NCBI GenBank assembly: GCA_963771045.1
Contig: CAVYRW010000004.1
Span: 64,001-128,000 of the forward strand
DNA: 64,000 nt
Source of the DNA: Waddliaceae bacterium
GTDB lineage: Bacteria; Chlamydiota; Chlamydiia; Chlamydiales; SLFE01
Direction: 5' to 3'
In this document: positions 9,287-19,199 of the stretch, in pieces
Layout of the letters: each line of letters begins with the position of its first letter
How positions within the stretch are numbered: the first letter of the stretch is position 1
The notes under the pieces: model-generated
What the model saw: the letters and a program-made list of their open reading frames with translations, nothing else
What the model was told of the DNA's origin: nothing
Databases searched by the model: none
Translations under genes and position numbers: made by a program

Positions 9287-10399
9287 ATGTCAAAACCAAA
9301 AACATTTTCTCCCTTTATAATTGGACTTGCGTTCTTCTCGATGTTTTTCGGATCGGGAAATCTGGTCTTCCCTTTGTTTCTCGGTCAATATGCCGGGGAT
9401 AAATGGCCGCTTGTATCACTCGGATTTATTCTATCGGGTGTGATCGGCCCTCTTTTCGGCGTTGTGGCCATGGTCGCATATCAGGGGAATACGAATAAAT
9501 TCTTTTCTACAATCGGCAAACGGAATGCTTTGATTTTTGTTTCGATTTTGATGATGGTCTGGATCCCATTCGGCGCCGCTCCAAGGTGCATACGGGTGGC
9601 TTATGAGTCTTTTGCCGCGGCTTTTCCCATCCTGCCCCTTTGGCTTTTTGGTATTTTCTATTCGGCTTTAGTCTATTTTTCCATTGTCCGCAAAAACAGA
9701 ATGATCGAAGTTCTCGGCTATTTCCTCACTCCCGCCCTTTTGATTTGCCTGGCAGTTTTATGGATCTTTGGAATGATGACAGCAGAAGCGCCGGCTCCAA
9801 CAGACCGGACTGCTCTGAATGTCTTTCACATCGGCCTCGCTCACGGTTATGAGACTATGGATCTGATCGCCTCGTTTTTCTTTTCGATCTCGATTATCAG
9901 TGTGATACAGGCAGAAAAGAAATCTGTTGTCAAGACAATGAAAAAGGCTCTTCTTTCCGGTTTTATTGGGATGTCGGTTTTGGGCCTCGTTTATGCTGCT
10001 TTGATTTTTATGGCCTCTCGAAATGCCGCCCTTCTCGCGCCCCTTGCTAAAGACCAGCTTCTTCCCTTTATCTCCATGCAGTTTTTGGGCCCCAAACTCA
10101 GCCTGATTCCTGTCGGATTGGTGTTTCTTGCCTGCATCACGACATCTGTGGCCATGCTTTCGGTATTTGCCGACTTTATCAGGGAAAACTACTTTAAGCG
10201 AGATAAGACGAACCTTTCGGTTTTATCGGGAGTCGGGCTCACCTATTTTCTTTCTTTGATTACCTTTGACGGCCTGATGGTTGTCACAACGCCTATTCTG
10301 GAAATCAGCTGCCCTCTTCTCATTCTTTTGGGGATCTACAATCTGGCCAAAAAGTTCTTTTTCAGCCCCTCTCTTGAAGAGTCAGCATTCAGTGAATGA
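9287..10399 (+). CDS. brnQ: BrnQ/LIVCS family amino-acid transporter
   Basis: GLAFFSMFFGSGNLVFP, PFGAAPR, GYETMDLIAS and LACITTS motifs. Confidence 0.9.
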   Translation: MSKPKTFSPFIIGLAFFSMFFGSGNLVFPLFLGQYAGDKWPLVSLGFILSGVIGPLFGVVAMVAYQGNTNKFFSTIGKRNALIFVSILMMVWIPFGAAPRCIRVAYESFAAAFPILPLWLFGIFYSALVYFSIVRKNRMIEVLGYFLTPALLICLAVLWIFGMMTAEAPAPTDRTALNVFHIGLAHGYETMDLIASFFFSISIISVIQAEKKSVVKTMKKALLSGFIGMSVLGLVYAALIFMASRNAALLAPLAKDQLLPFISMQFLGPKLSLIPVGLVFLACITTSVAMLSVFADFIRENYFKRDKTNLSVLSGVGLTYFLSLITFDGLMVVTTPILEISCPLLILLGIYNLAKKFFFSPSLEESAFSE

Positions 10400-10401
10400 C
10401 T

Positions 10402-12005
10402 CTAATTAAAGTACAGGCGGCCCTCTTGATCAACATGAAGAAGGTTGGTGCGTTCCCCACCCGATAATGATCCCATACATTCTGTTTTCTCTGAGGATAT
10501 TTTCCAAATTTCATTGCTGATTTGATCCCAAGTCCATACTTCGCCTGCGGCAGTATTGATCACTGTCTTTGCATACAAAGGAGCTTTATGATTAACTGCC
10601 CGTTGTCGCATAAACCAGCAATTGAAGCGTAAGCAGGGCACTCTAGCAACACACTTTTTTCCGGTGCGGACACGACATGATCGTCAATTGTCATGGTTCT
10701 GATTGTGAGCAAATATGTATTTTCGTCGCTTGGATTGGGTTCAACACAATAAAGTTTTTCTTCTGAAGCATAAGCATTGTAACAACTAAACGTCGCAGAT
10801 TTACCCAAAGGGTTAATCACGAAAAGCTTAGGCGTTTGCCTAATAATCTCCAGAAATCCTATGTGTGTTGATAATGGCTCAAAAAAACCGCAGGGAGCAT
10901 CAATCTCAAAGGCAGGATTGAGTGTCGAGTCAGAGATTTTTCCTCCAATTATTTTTCTACCCTTGCAGGTCACTTGATAACCAAAGCCGTTTGAAGTGAA
11001 GTGAAGCCGATCCTGTTCTTTCTGGATTGCGTAAGGCAGTAGAATCGTATTTTTGACTTTGCCTAAAGCCAGGTCAATGATCGGAACGTTTTTCTCGCCT
11101 TCAAATAGAAAGGCCGCATTTTTCCTCATGCGGGTTAAATGGTATTCTGCAGGCCTCGTTTGCCAGATGCCGGAAGGGTTTGGATTGAGGCGTAAGTCTT
11201 CTGAAGGCTTAGATGTTACAGTAAGACCCCATTCCATTTTTTTCTGTTTGCATATCATAAGCTAAAAGAAGCGGCGGCATCTTTCGATAGCTGCAAACTC
11301 CAATCATAAGGTTGTTTTGCACAAAGGCGTTACAATACTGAGTAAATTTTAATCGCCTCGTAAATTCAGGGTCGGTATTTCTAGTATCTTCACGTCGAAA
11401 CGGCTCAAAAGGCCGGCCAAAAATTGTTTCAACAGCCTTTTGCTTAAAGTCAGGAAGCAGCTCTGTTAACGCATAGAAATGGCGGAGTGCCGCTCTTAAC
11501 GTAGCGGATTTTAACGCATGAGAGATATGATGCCCTATCTTTGCAGTTTGCGGATCGGAGCTGGATGCTAACGCATTAGCCAAAGCTGTTTTGCCGCTAG
11601 CGTTAAAACCTTCCAAGAGCCCTCTAATAAGAATATCCTTACGGGGCCAAGCTGCCCTTGTTGTCGATTGAAGTTGAGTCAATATAAATTTGATAAACTT
11701 TTCATGGCAATCATCTTCAAGAAAATCAACATAAATATTGATCAAAAGTTCAATGAATTTGTCAGGATATTTTAACGTAAAATCATCAGAGGAGATAAAC
11801 CCGGAAAGAACAGTTTTGACTGTTGTCTCATTAAATGTCTCTTTAGAGGGGATTTTGAAGCTGCATCCTGATGTTTGTTTGATCAGCCAGAGCATGTAAT
11901 ATCCTGCTTTGAGGTCGTCTCCATTCATGTAATGACGCTTGAGATTAAAGCAGGCTTCAAGCAATTCTGAGATATTTAAATGTTTAAAGGCTTTTGCAAA
12001 TTTCT
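10402..12005 (-). pseudogene. 3' part of a large hypothetical gene interrupted by IS66 and split into overlapping ORFs
   Basis: Same-strand overlapping ORFs 11209-11964, 10560-11258 and 10402-10641; the reading frame continues across the IS66 target site. Confidence 0.55.
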
Positions 12006-13637
12006 GTATCTGTTCACGGGGGTACCCCCCCAGGGGGAGTCGTAAACTTCTAACACGTTTTGTTAACCGAGAACTACCTCGTGAATTTGTGTCGTAGGAA
12101 ACCGTTTTCTATTTTGAAAATATCGGCGGCGCTTGTCCGCCATGAATGTATGCTTTAAAACATTCGGTAAAATAATCGAACGAATTTTGAGCACGTAACT
12201 TCAATGTCATACCAACTGTTAACACCCGTTCGACAAATCGCTCACCTTCTTCTGATTGTGAGCCAAAGCATAGCTTCCTCCAAATGACTCCGCCTCTAAG
12301 ACGTTGCTCGGCTGTATTGTTAGTCGGTTCGATATTCTCATGATAGGCAAATACCCATAACATCTCGAACCGTCCAAAAAAATCAGCGCAAGTCGACCTC
12401 GTTTTATTGCAACATTCTTTGTGAATTGCACCAGCTTTGAGGAGGACTTTCAAATCTTCTTTTGGGCCTATTTCGATCTTCTCGATCAGTTCGTCCCTTG
12501 CAATCTCACCGTTTTTGTAGCTATGCCAAAGATTGAATATCGACTTTTTACACTCTAACAACCGTTCCCCGATCCATTTATCAAATCCATCCCTGCCTGC
12601 AATCTTTTCAAAATCTCTATCTGCATGCGACCAGCAAAGTTGTCGCAGACCTTCATGCGAATTATAGGCATTATAGCGATCGGTTGTTAAACCCCCTTTG
12701 AAAGAACCAAAGATCTCGCGGAATGCCTTGTTGCTGCGTGAAGCCTTGATTGCGAAAAACACAGTTTCCTTGCCGCTTCCGACCCAAATCCATCTCTTTT
12801 CCGACATCGTTTTCCAACTCGTTTCATCGGCATAAATATGTTCTTCATTTAGAGTGTGTGTCCTAATTTCTTCGTATGGTGCTTTTAAAATCTGACTAGC
12901 TCGGACATGGATTTTACACACGCTGCCGGAACATATCCGAATATTGAGTCTGCCCATTAGAGCACAGACTTGACGTTTGGATAATCTAAACTCTCCTGAA
13001 AGAGAGGTGACGAAACCCATTAATCGGGGACCAAAACCAAATCGCGCTTCTTCGGGAATATCAGCCTTTACATGCTTACCACATCCGCTACACTGACAGG
13101 TGTGAATGTTGTATTGAGTAACTTCCGGAGGAGCGTCCGGTAATTCCACTACTTGTCGTACATCCGTTCTGACCACCTCCGAATTAAACGAGTGGGAGTG
13201 GCAGTTCGGACAAGTGTCCGGCTTTATGTTATGCAGCGACTGCACCTGATTAATTGGAACTAGTTGACGGGGGTGGCCCTTATGACCTTTTTGTGCTCCC
13301 TGTTTACGCCCCGTAGGTTCCTTTTTTCTTTGAGCTCTGAAGGGATCTTGCGAGGGGGGCTTAGAGCTATTCGAAGAGTTGGTGTTGAGTTTATCTTCGA
13401 GCTCCTTAACTTTTGCCTTGAGTGCCTGGTTTTCCTTTTTGAGGATTTCAATTTCCTCCAAGGCTTTATTCAGCTTTTCAAAGAGTTCTTCGTAGGTTGG
13501 CTTCATGTTATAAAGTGGTTTTGAACAACCAGAATAATAATAAAAATCTTATTTTATGCCGTATAAAATTTTTATTATTTTTGTGGGGTAGCGCGCGAGG
13601 CGGTAGCCGTTCCTAGAGTTACCCCGTGAACGGATAC
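12006..13637 (-). mobile_element. IS66 family element (single-ORF type), complete copy
   Basis: TIRs GTATCTGTTCACGGGG / GTATCCGTTCACGGGG; 8-bp target duplication AAATTTCT at 11998-12005 and 13638-13645. Confidence 0.95.
12109..13506 (-). CDS. IS66 family transposase
   Basis: Leucine zipper, NSSKPPSQD, CPNC zinc finger, ADET, TDRY, QLCWSH, TNNTAEQRLR. Confidence 0.95.
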   Translation of the reverse strand: MKPTYEELFEKLNKALEEIEILKKENQALKAKVKELEDKLNTNSSNSSKPPSQDPFRAQRKKEPTGRKQGAQKGHKGHPRQLVPINQVQSLHNIKPDTCPNCHSHSFNSEVVRTDVRQVVELPDAPPEVTQYNIHTCQCSGCGKHVKADIPEEARFGFGPRLMGFVTSLSGEFRLSKRQVCALMGRLNIRICSGSVCKIHVRASQILKAPYEEIRTHTLNEEHIYADETSWKTMSEKRWIWVGSGKETVFFAIKASRSNKAFREIFGSFKGGLTTDRYNAYNSHEGLRQLCWSHADRDFEKIAGRDGFDKWIGERLLECKKSIFNLWHSYKNGEIARDELIEKIEIGPKEDLKVLLKAGAIHKECCNKTRSTCADFFGRFEMLWVFAYHENIEPTNNTAEQRLRGGVIWRKLCFGSQSEEGERFVERVLTVGMTLKLRAQNSFDYFTECFKAYIHGGQAPPIFSK

Positions 13638-14089
13638 AAATTTCTTCCGTAGTTCATCTTCTGAAAACCAAGTTGAATGCTCTTCAGTTATCAGTTGTAC
13701 GATGATGGAATTGTTTTTTTAAAAGTATTTTCAAGAGCTTTTTTACAAGCAGCCTGATCAAGCTTCGAAAAGGCGATTCCGCTTTGGTAAAATTTCCAAA
13801 AATCATATGAATGTTTTTTGACAAACTCTTTTACTTTCATTTGGATCTCATCTACGGATTCATTTTTTTGTGCGATTGATTTTTCGGATAGTTTTGATCT
13901 GTTTGCCGGAGCAGATAAAATCGATGAACCAGTTATTTGTGTCAGTAACTCTAGTTTAACCTCTAACTCTTTTTCTGCTGATGATGGAAATTTTTGGCCG
14001 AAATCTTGAGCTAATACTTCTTTAATCAGAACTAAATAACTGTTTATAATATGGCCTTCCAGAAAAATAGTTAAGAGACGGTATATCAT
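13638..14089 (-). pseudogene. 5' part of the IS66-interrupted hypothetical gene
   Basis: ORF 13691-14089 shifts at an A7 run into ...IIVQLITEEHSTWFSEDELRKKF, which joins AKAFKHLNISELLEAC after removing the IS. Confidence 0.55.
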
Positions 14090-14155
14090 GATTTGTTATT
14101 AAAGGATAGGACAAGTCAACTGACGCTGTCAGCCGTGATTGGCAAAGGGAATCTT

Positions 14156-15274
14156 TCAGCGTCTTTTGTGTTCTTCGTCGATCTGCTCGGAAAGGGCGAG
14201 ATAAGAGTCATAGCGAAGGGCGGAGAGCTTACCATTTTCAACCGCTTCGATAACAGCGCAGCCTGGTTCGTGTATATGGGTGCAGTTGGGAAAGCTGCAC
14301 TCGGGTAGGTAGGGCTGAAACTCTTTGAAGTAAAAGGGAAGCTCTTCTTTTTCGAGATCCCAGACCCCAAAACTTTTGATGCCGGGCGTGTCGATGACAA
14401 AACCGCCGAATTCAAGGGGAATGAGGGTGGCGTAGGTTGTCGTGTGGGTTCCTTTGCGGGTACGCTGCACAACATCGCCAATTTCAAGATCAAGCCCTGT
14501 CAAATAGTTGATAAGCGATGATTTGCCAACTCCCGACTGCCCGGAAAAAACAGACGCTTTATTTTTCATAGCCAGCTTGAGGTAATCCATGCCCTCCCCT
14601 GTTTCTGCGCTGACGGCAATGACCGGAATTTCCGCTTTTTTGTGGGCTTTCAAAAAATCTTCAAACAGCTCTTTTTCTTGATCGTCTGTAAGCAAATCGA
14701 TTTTGTTGACAACGACGATAGGTGCCATATTCCCTTTTTCCGCGGCGATAATATAACGGTCGACAAGAGGCGGTTTCAAGGGGGGATTGACAACGGAGGC
14801 TGTAATGAGAACCTGGTCGATATTGGCGGCGATGAGCTGCTGTTTTTTGTGCGAGATCGTTTCGGCTCTCGAGAGTGTGGATTTTCGAGGTTCGACATAG
14901 TGGATAAAACCCTCTTTTTCATGGGTGGTTTCAAACAGGACAAAGTCGCCGACAGTCACGAGATTTTTATATTGGGTTTTTGTCTTTTTCAAAAGTCCGC
15001 GGAGCTCGCAAAGATACTGCCGCCCCTTTTCGTCAACGATAATTCCTTCCGATTTGATGGAGATCACACGGCCTCGTTTGAGTTTCTCCCTGTCAAGTTT
15101 GGAGAGGATTTCTTTGGAAAGGTCTTCCTGAAATTTGTCAAAATCAGTTTTTTTATACTTGGAGCGGTCTTTGGCCTCGGCCCGTTTTCTTAGCTGCTTG
15201 GAAGTTTTTTTATCCTTGCGGTAAAATTCTTCCTCAAGATGGCCGGCGTCGATTTTTTTTTTCTTTTTCTTCAT
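14156..15274 (-). CDS. rsgA: Ribosome small subunit-dependent GTPase A
   Basis: NKID, GQSGVGKSS, KGTHTTT, DTPG, CxFxxCxHxxEPGC. Confidence 0.96.
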   Translation of the reverse strand: MKKKKKKIDAGHLEEEFYRKDKKTSKQLRKRAEAKDRSKYKKTDFDKFQEDLSKEILSKLDREKLKRGRVISIKSEGIIVDEKGRQYLCELRGLLKKTKTQYKNLVTVGDFVLFETTHEKEGFIHYVEPRKSTLSRAETISHKKQQLIAANIDQVLITASVVNPPLKPPLVDRYIIAAEKGNMAPIVVVNKIDLLTDDQEKELFEDFLKAHKKAEIPVIAVSAETGEGMDYLKLAMKNKASVFSGQSGVGKSSLINYLTGLDLEIGDVVQRTRKGTHTTTYATLIPLEFGGFVIDTPGIKSFGVWDLEKEELPFYFKEFQPYLPECSFPNCTHIHEPGCAVIEAVENGKLSALRYDSYLALSEQIDEEHKRR

Positions 15275-15981
15275 AGTACGTACATCAGGATACCACCTGC
15301 CACAGCGACATTCAAGGATTCCATGGTTTTCGACATGGGCAAAGAGACCGGCTGTCCAAGCGTTGTTAATTCCTTGGAAATCCCTTTTGCCTCGCTTCCA
15401 AGTATCAGCAGTCGTTTTTCCGAGGGTTTCACCTTCTCAGGAGGGGTGCCGGCAAGGTCTGCGATCAGGACCTGGAAATCGCTTTTTCCGCAAAAAACGG
15501 TGAAGTCATCAAGCTTTCCCAGGGTATAAGGGAGTCTGAATGTCGCTCCTTTGGCGGCGCGGAGGGCCTTTTCGTTGAATGGGTCGCAGCAGCTCGCCAG
15601 CAGGTAAATGCCTTCCCAGCCAAAGGCAAGAGCCGTACGGAGCAAGGTTCCCAGATTTCCGGGGTCGTTGATCCCGTCGAGAACCAGAATTTTCTTTTTC
15701 TTTTCTAATGAAGATTCCTGCGGCATTTTGGCAATGGCTAAAATTCCTTCGGGATTTTTTGTGCGGGAAATTTTCTTCATGACAGTTTCAGTAACAAGAA
15801 AAATCTCATCTGCCTGAAGGGATTTCGGAATGAGGGCCTTATCGACAGTAAGAAGTGTTTTGACATTTTCCATCTCGCTGATGATTTTGATTCCCTCAAC
15901 GACCACTTCCCGGTGCTCGTAGCGGTATGGCCTTTTGTCCTGAAGTTTGACGATATGTTTGACCAGGCGGTTTTTAATCAT
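15271..15981 (-). CDS. TrmH/SpoU family RNA methyltransferase
   Basis: DPGNLGTLLRTA, GSEAKG, ESLNVAVA. Confidence 0.93.
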   Translation of the reverse strand: MIKNRLVKHIVKLQDKRPYRYEHREVVVEGIKIISEMENVKTLLTVDKALIPKSLQADEIFLVTETVMKKISRTKNPEGILAIAKMPQESSLEKKKKILVLDGINDPGNLGTLLRTALAFGWEGIYLLASCCDPFNEKALRAAKGATFRLPYTLGKLDDFTVFCGKSDFQVLIADLAGTPPEKVKPSEKRLLILGSEAKGISKELTTLGQPVSLPMSKTMESLNVAVAGGILMYVL

Positions 15982-17194
15982 GCATCAGATTCCAGAGATT
16001 TGTCTTTTTTAGGCTGTCGATGACCTCCTTGGTGGTGTGGAGCTCTTCGCCTATAGCGATTCTTTCGGCAAGCTTTAGGAGCTCTCCCATGTGTTTGCCC
16101 GGTTTTATTCCTTCCTGCATCAGGTCTTTTGAGGCGACGATGGGAGTTTTTTCGATGATCCTGTTTACATGGGGAAGAAGCCCTTGCTTTCGCTTCCAAT
16201 GCTCTTTGAGGAAGGAGTCGGGGCTTTCTTGTTTCGCTGCAAGGATTTTCAAACAAAGGCCCGAATCGGAATGGGCATAGATATGGCTCCAGTCATGGGC
16301 GTCCGGTTTTTCCAAATGCTCAATATCGTAGAGGGATTGGGCGAACTGAAGATCCCGTTTGCTTGTTTTCAACTTGCGGCATAAATCTTCGGCCCCTTCA
16401 CGACTTATATCCGGAAATAGCTGGAGGAGATAAGCGATTGTTGGAGTTTCTTTGGGCATTTTATGAAAGGGTGCGGTTCGTTCCTTGATATCGTTTAAGT
16501 GGACATGCTGAAGCTGAGGAAAGATTGTACTCAAAAGGCCAAGCCGTTGCATTTCGACAAGTGCCCAGTCAAATGAAGGATAGGCGGCCATTTTATTGAA
16601 CTCCTGCCATATCCTTTCAATCGAGACGGCAGGAAAAAGCGATTCGGCATTCGCGGCTACGGCGTTTTCGGTTTCCTGGTCGATGTGGAACCCAAAGCGG
16701 CATGCAAAACGGATAGCTCGGATCATCCTTAAACGGTCTTCAAAGAAACGCTCGTAGGGATCGCCGATTGTACGGATCATTCCCCGCCTTAAATCCTCCC
16801 TTCCGCCGACAAAATCTAAAATCCGCTCGTTTAGCGGGTCGTAAAACATGCCGTTGATGGTAAAATCGCGTCTTTTGGCATCTTCTTCGGGGGTGGAGGG
16901 TTCGATGGCCGTCGGCGCGCGCCCATTTTCATAGCCGAGATCTTTTCTGAATGTGGCGACTTCGAAAGCGTGCCCTTTCTCGTGGACGATAACGACCCCG
17001 AAGGCTATGCCGACAGTAACAGTTTTGGGAAACAGCCGGACAATTGTTTCGGGCTCTGCGTCGGTGGCGATATCGATGTCATCGGAGGGGTGGCCGAGTA
17101 AAAAATCGCGGACCCAGCCTCCCGCAAAATAGGCTGTATGCCCTTCAGCGACCAATTTTTGCACAATTTTAGTTGCTATTTCTTTGGCGACCAT
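15974..17194 (-). CDS. CCA tRNA nucleotidyltransferase / poly(A) polymerase family
   Basis: GGWVRD, DIDIAT, RRDFTING, EDRLRMIRA; likely start ATG at 17194. Confidence 0.92.
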   Translation of the reverse strand: MVAKEIATKIVQKLVAEGHTAYFAGGWVRDFLLGHPSDDIDIATDAEPETIVRLFPKTVTVGIAFGVVIVHEKGHAFEVATFRKDLGYENGRAPTAIEPSTPEEDAKRRDFTINGMFYDPLNERILDFVGGREDLRRGMIRTIGDPYERFFEDRLRMIRAIRFACRFGFHIDQETENAVAANAESLFPAVSIERIWQEFNKMAAYPSFDWALVEMQRLGLLSTIFPQLQHVHLNDIKERTAPFHKMPKETPTIAYLLQLFPDISREGAEDLCRKLKTSKRDLQFAQSLYDIEHLEKPDAHDWSHIYAHSDSGLCLKILAAKQESPDSFLKEHWKRKQGLLPHVNRIIEKTPIVASKDLMQEGIKPGKHMGELLKLAERIAIGEELHTTKEVIDSLKKTNLWNLMHD

Positions 17195-17473
17195 ACCCTT
17201 ATGATACACTGACAGGAATTTTCCATGTGCAATTTTCCTCCTTAAATGTTGTCTATAAAATATTTGCAAACGCAACCCTTGATCTGATAGCCATCTTCGC
17301 GAAATAATAAGCTGGGGAGACCATCTAAATCTCATAGGACCGTTTTAGAGGGGATACTCCAGATATTTAAAGCAAGGTGCCCCATGGAGAAGTTTCCCTC
17401 CTGAATATGGACCGTGGAGTTCTTGTTATAACCGTTTTAACAGGCTGAAGTGGAAATAGTCAAAGTGGAAAAA

Positions 17474-17495
17474 GCCGGCACATAGTTGTGCCGGC
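17474..17495 (-). terminator. Intrinsic terminator after the PQQ-repeat gene
   Basis: GCCGGCACA-TAGT-TGTGCCGGC hairpin followed by a T-run on the minus strand. Confidence 0.7.
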
Positions 17496-17516
17496 GGGAT
17501 GTTGCTTTGAAAACAT

Positions 17517-19142
17517 TTATGGAATTGCATACGAGGCGATACCCGAAACGGTGGGTATAAACACCTGTTTTCCCACGACGGTAATACCGCCGTAGATTGT
17601 CACAGGAATCCCCAGAGGTTTTGTCTCGGCGATCAGGGATCCGTCCGAGGCTTTCAGGATGCGGGCGTTCCCCATTCCATTAGTAGTAAAGATCACGTCA
17701 TTGCAAAGGGTTAGCGGACCGAAGGTCTGCCCTCGGTTGTTCGGATTGGTTGTCGAATCGTGTACCCAGAGCAAAGCATCGTTTGCCGATGCGCCGTTCA
17801 CCAGCAAATTGAGATCATATGCGGCATATTTTGGAATCACTTCGCTTTGACTGCTCGGATTTTGCGGCTCCTGGATATTGTGGTTCAACTGCAATGCATT
17901 TAAAGATGTCCTTACACCCTGCGGGCCGACCATAGCGTCAGAGGTCACATAGAGAATTTTGTTTACGTTATCGACCGTGGGCGTTCCTTGAATTGTTCCT
18001 ACTTTAGAACCTTCGTCAAGAAACAAGGTCACATCAATTTTCGGCCTTCCTCTTGAACTTCGTTTTTGGTCTCTTCGCATGATGAAGTACCGGCCTCCTT
18101 TGTCACCGACGCCGACGAAGTCGACTAAGCCTTCGTAATCAACTTCGGCGGAGAACAAGTTCGGATGCGTACTGACGTCCCAGTCGGAGCCGTTTGGCGT
18201 TTCCATTGGAGTCCAAACATCGTTGATCGTTTTTTGAGAAAACCACTTCAGACGGCCGCGTTTATAATCAATGGCCAGCAATGAGTCCTCGTAGGGGCTG
18301 CAAGGCGCTTCAAAGTTTTGCCCTGAGCCGATAAAGAGAAGTCTTCTGTCTAAGTCAATTGCCGGGCTGGACCAGACACCGACACCTGCTCCAAACTTCG
18401 GGTCTTGATCTTGCTGATCGCTTGTCGTGTAAAATCTCCATTCCTCCTCGCCGGTAAACCGGTTAAAAGCGACAATCGAGCCGCGGGACTTAAAGTTAGT
18501 TGAAGAAAGGGAATTTTCCGTGCTGGCAACACCAAAGATGACCAGGTCGTCAACAATCGTCGTGTCTCCGGTAAAATCCGAAACTCCCGGCAGGGAGCCG
18601 CTTAGAGGGTCCACTTTGCGCGACCACGCAATGCTTCCGTCGGCACGGTTAATCGCGAAAATTTTGACCGGATCTCCCGGGAAAGTTCCGGCTAAAACGC
18701 CGCCGGAAATGTAGATCATGTCTTTCGATACCGAGGGCGTTGTGAAGACCTCGTTCCCCAAGAATGCGTTCCAAATTTCAAGGCCTGTATTAATATCTAT
18801 TGCGTAGAGCGTCCCTGCTGTGTCGCCGAAATAGGCCGTTCCGTCTGCAATCGCCGGCTGCCCTGTAACGATTCCCGCAGTCGGAAAAAAGAACTTCTGA
18901 TTATCAAACAAGTTTGCCGCATTGGTTGAATCAATTGTAGAGGGAGCATTCGCTAGGTTTCCATACCCTTGGCCAACCACAGGCCATTCCCCATCTAAAA
19001 CATTATCATTATTATGCCAATGCGCCGATAAAGGAGCAGAAGCGATCAACAGAGAAAAGATCAGAAATCCCAATTTTTTAGATCTTGCAATAAGTTTTGT
19101 CATTGATACCTCGCGTCTTAAGGTTTTTGAGCATGGTTTCAT
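17517..19142 (-). CDS. Secreted PQQ-binding-like beta-propeller protein (PVA dehydrogenase-like)
   Basis: Signal peptide, repeated LYAIDxxTGxxxW motifs, GVWSSPAID. Confidence 0.8.
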   Translation of the reverse strand: MKPCSKTLRREVSMTKLIARSKKLGFLIFSLLIASAPLSAHWHNNDNVLDGEWPVVGQGYGNLANAPSTIDSTNAANLFDNQKFFFPTAGIVTGQPAIADGTAYFGDTAGTLYAIDINTGLEIWNAFLGNEVFTTPSVSKDMIYISGGVLAGTFPGDPVKIFAINRADGSIAWSRKVDPLSGSLPGVSDFTGDTTIVDDLVIFGVASTENSLSSTNFKSRGSIVAFNRFTGEEEWRFYTTSDQQDQDPKFGAGVGVWSSPAIDLDRRLLFIGSGQNFEAPCSPYEDSLLAIDYKRGRLKWFSQKTINDVWTPMETPNGSDWDVSTHPNLFSAEVDYEGLVDFVGVGDKGGRYFIMRRDQKRSSRGRPKIDVTLFLDEGSKVGTIQGTPTVDNVNKILYVTSDAMVGPQGVRTSLNALQLNHNIQEPQNPSSQSEVIPKYAAYDLNLLVNGASANDALLWVHDSTTNPNNRGQTFGPLTLCNDVIFTTNGMGNARILKASDGSLIAETKPLGIPVTIYGGITVVGKQVFIPTVSGIASYAIP

Positions 19143-19199
19143 TTTCTCAAAGTATCTGACCGGTAGGTAAAATTCAAGAATCTATGTGAAAAATTCGGG

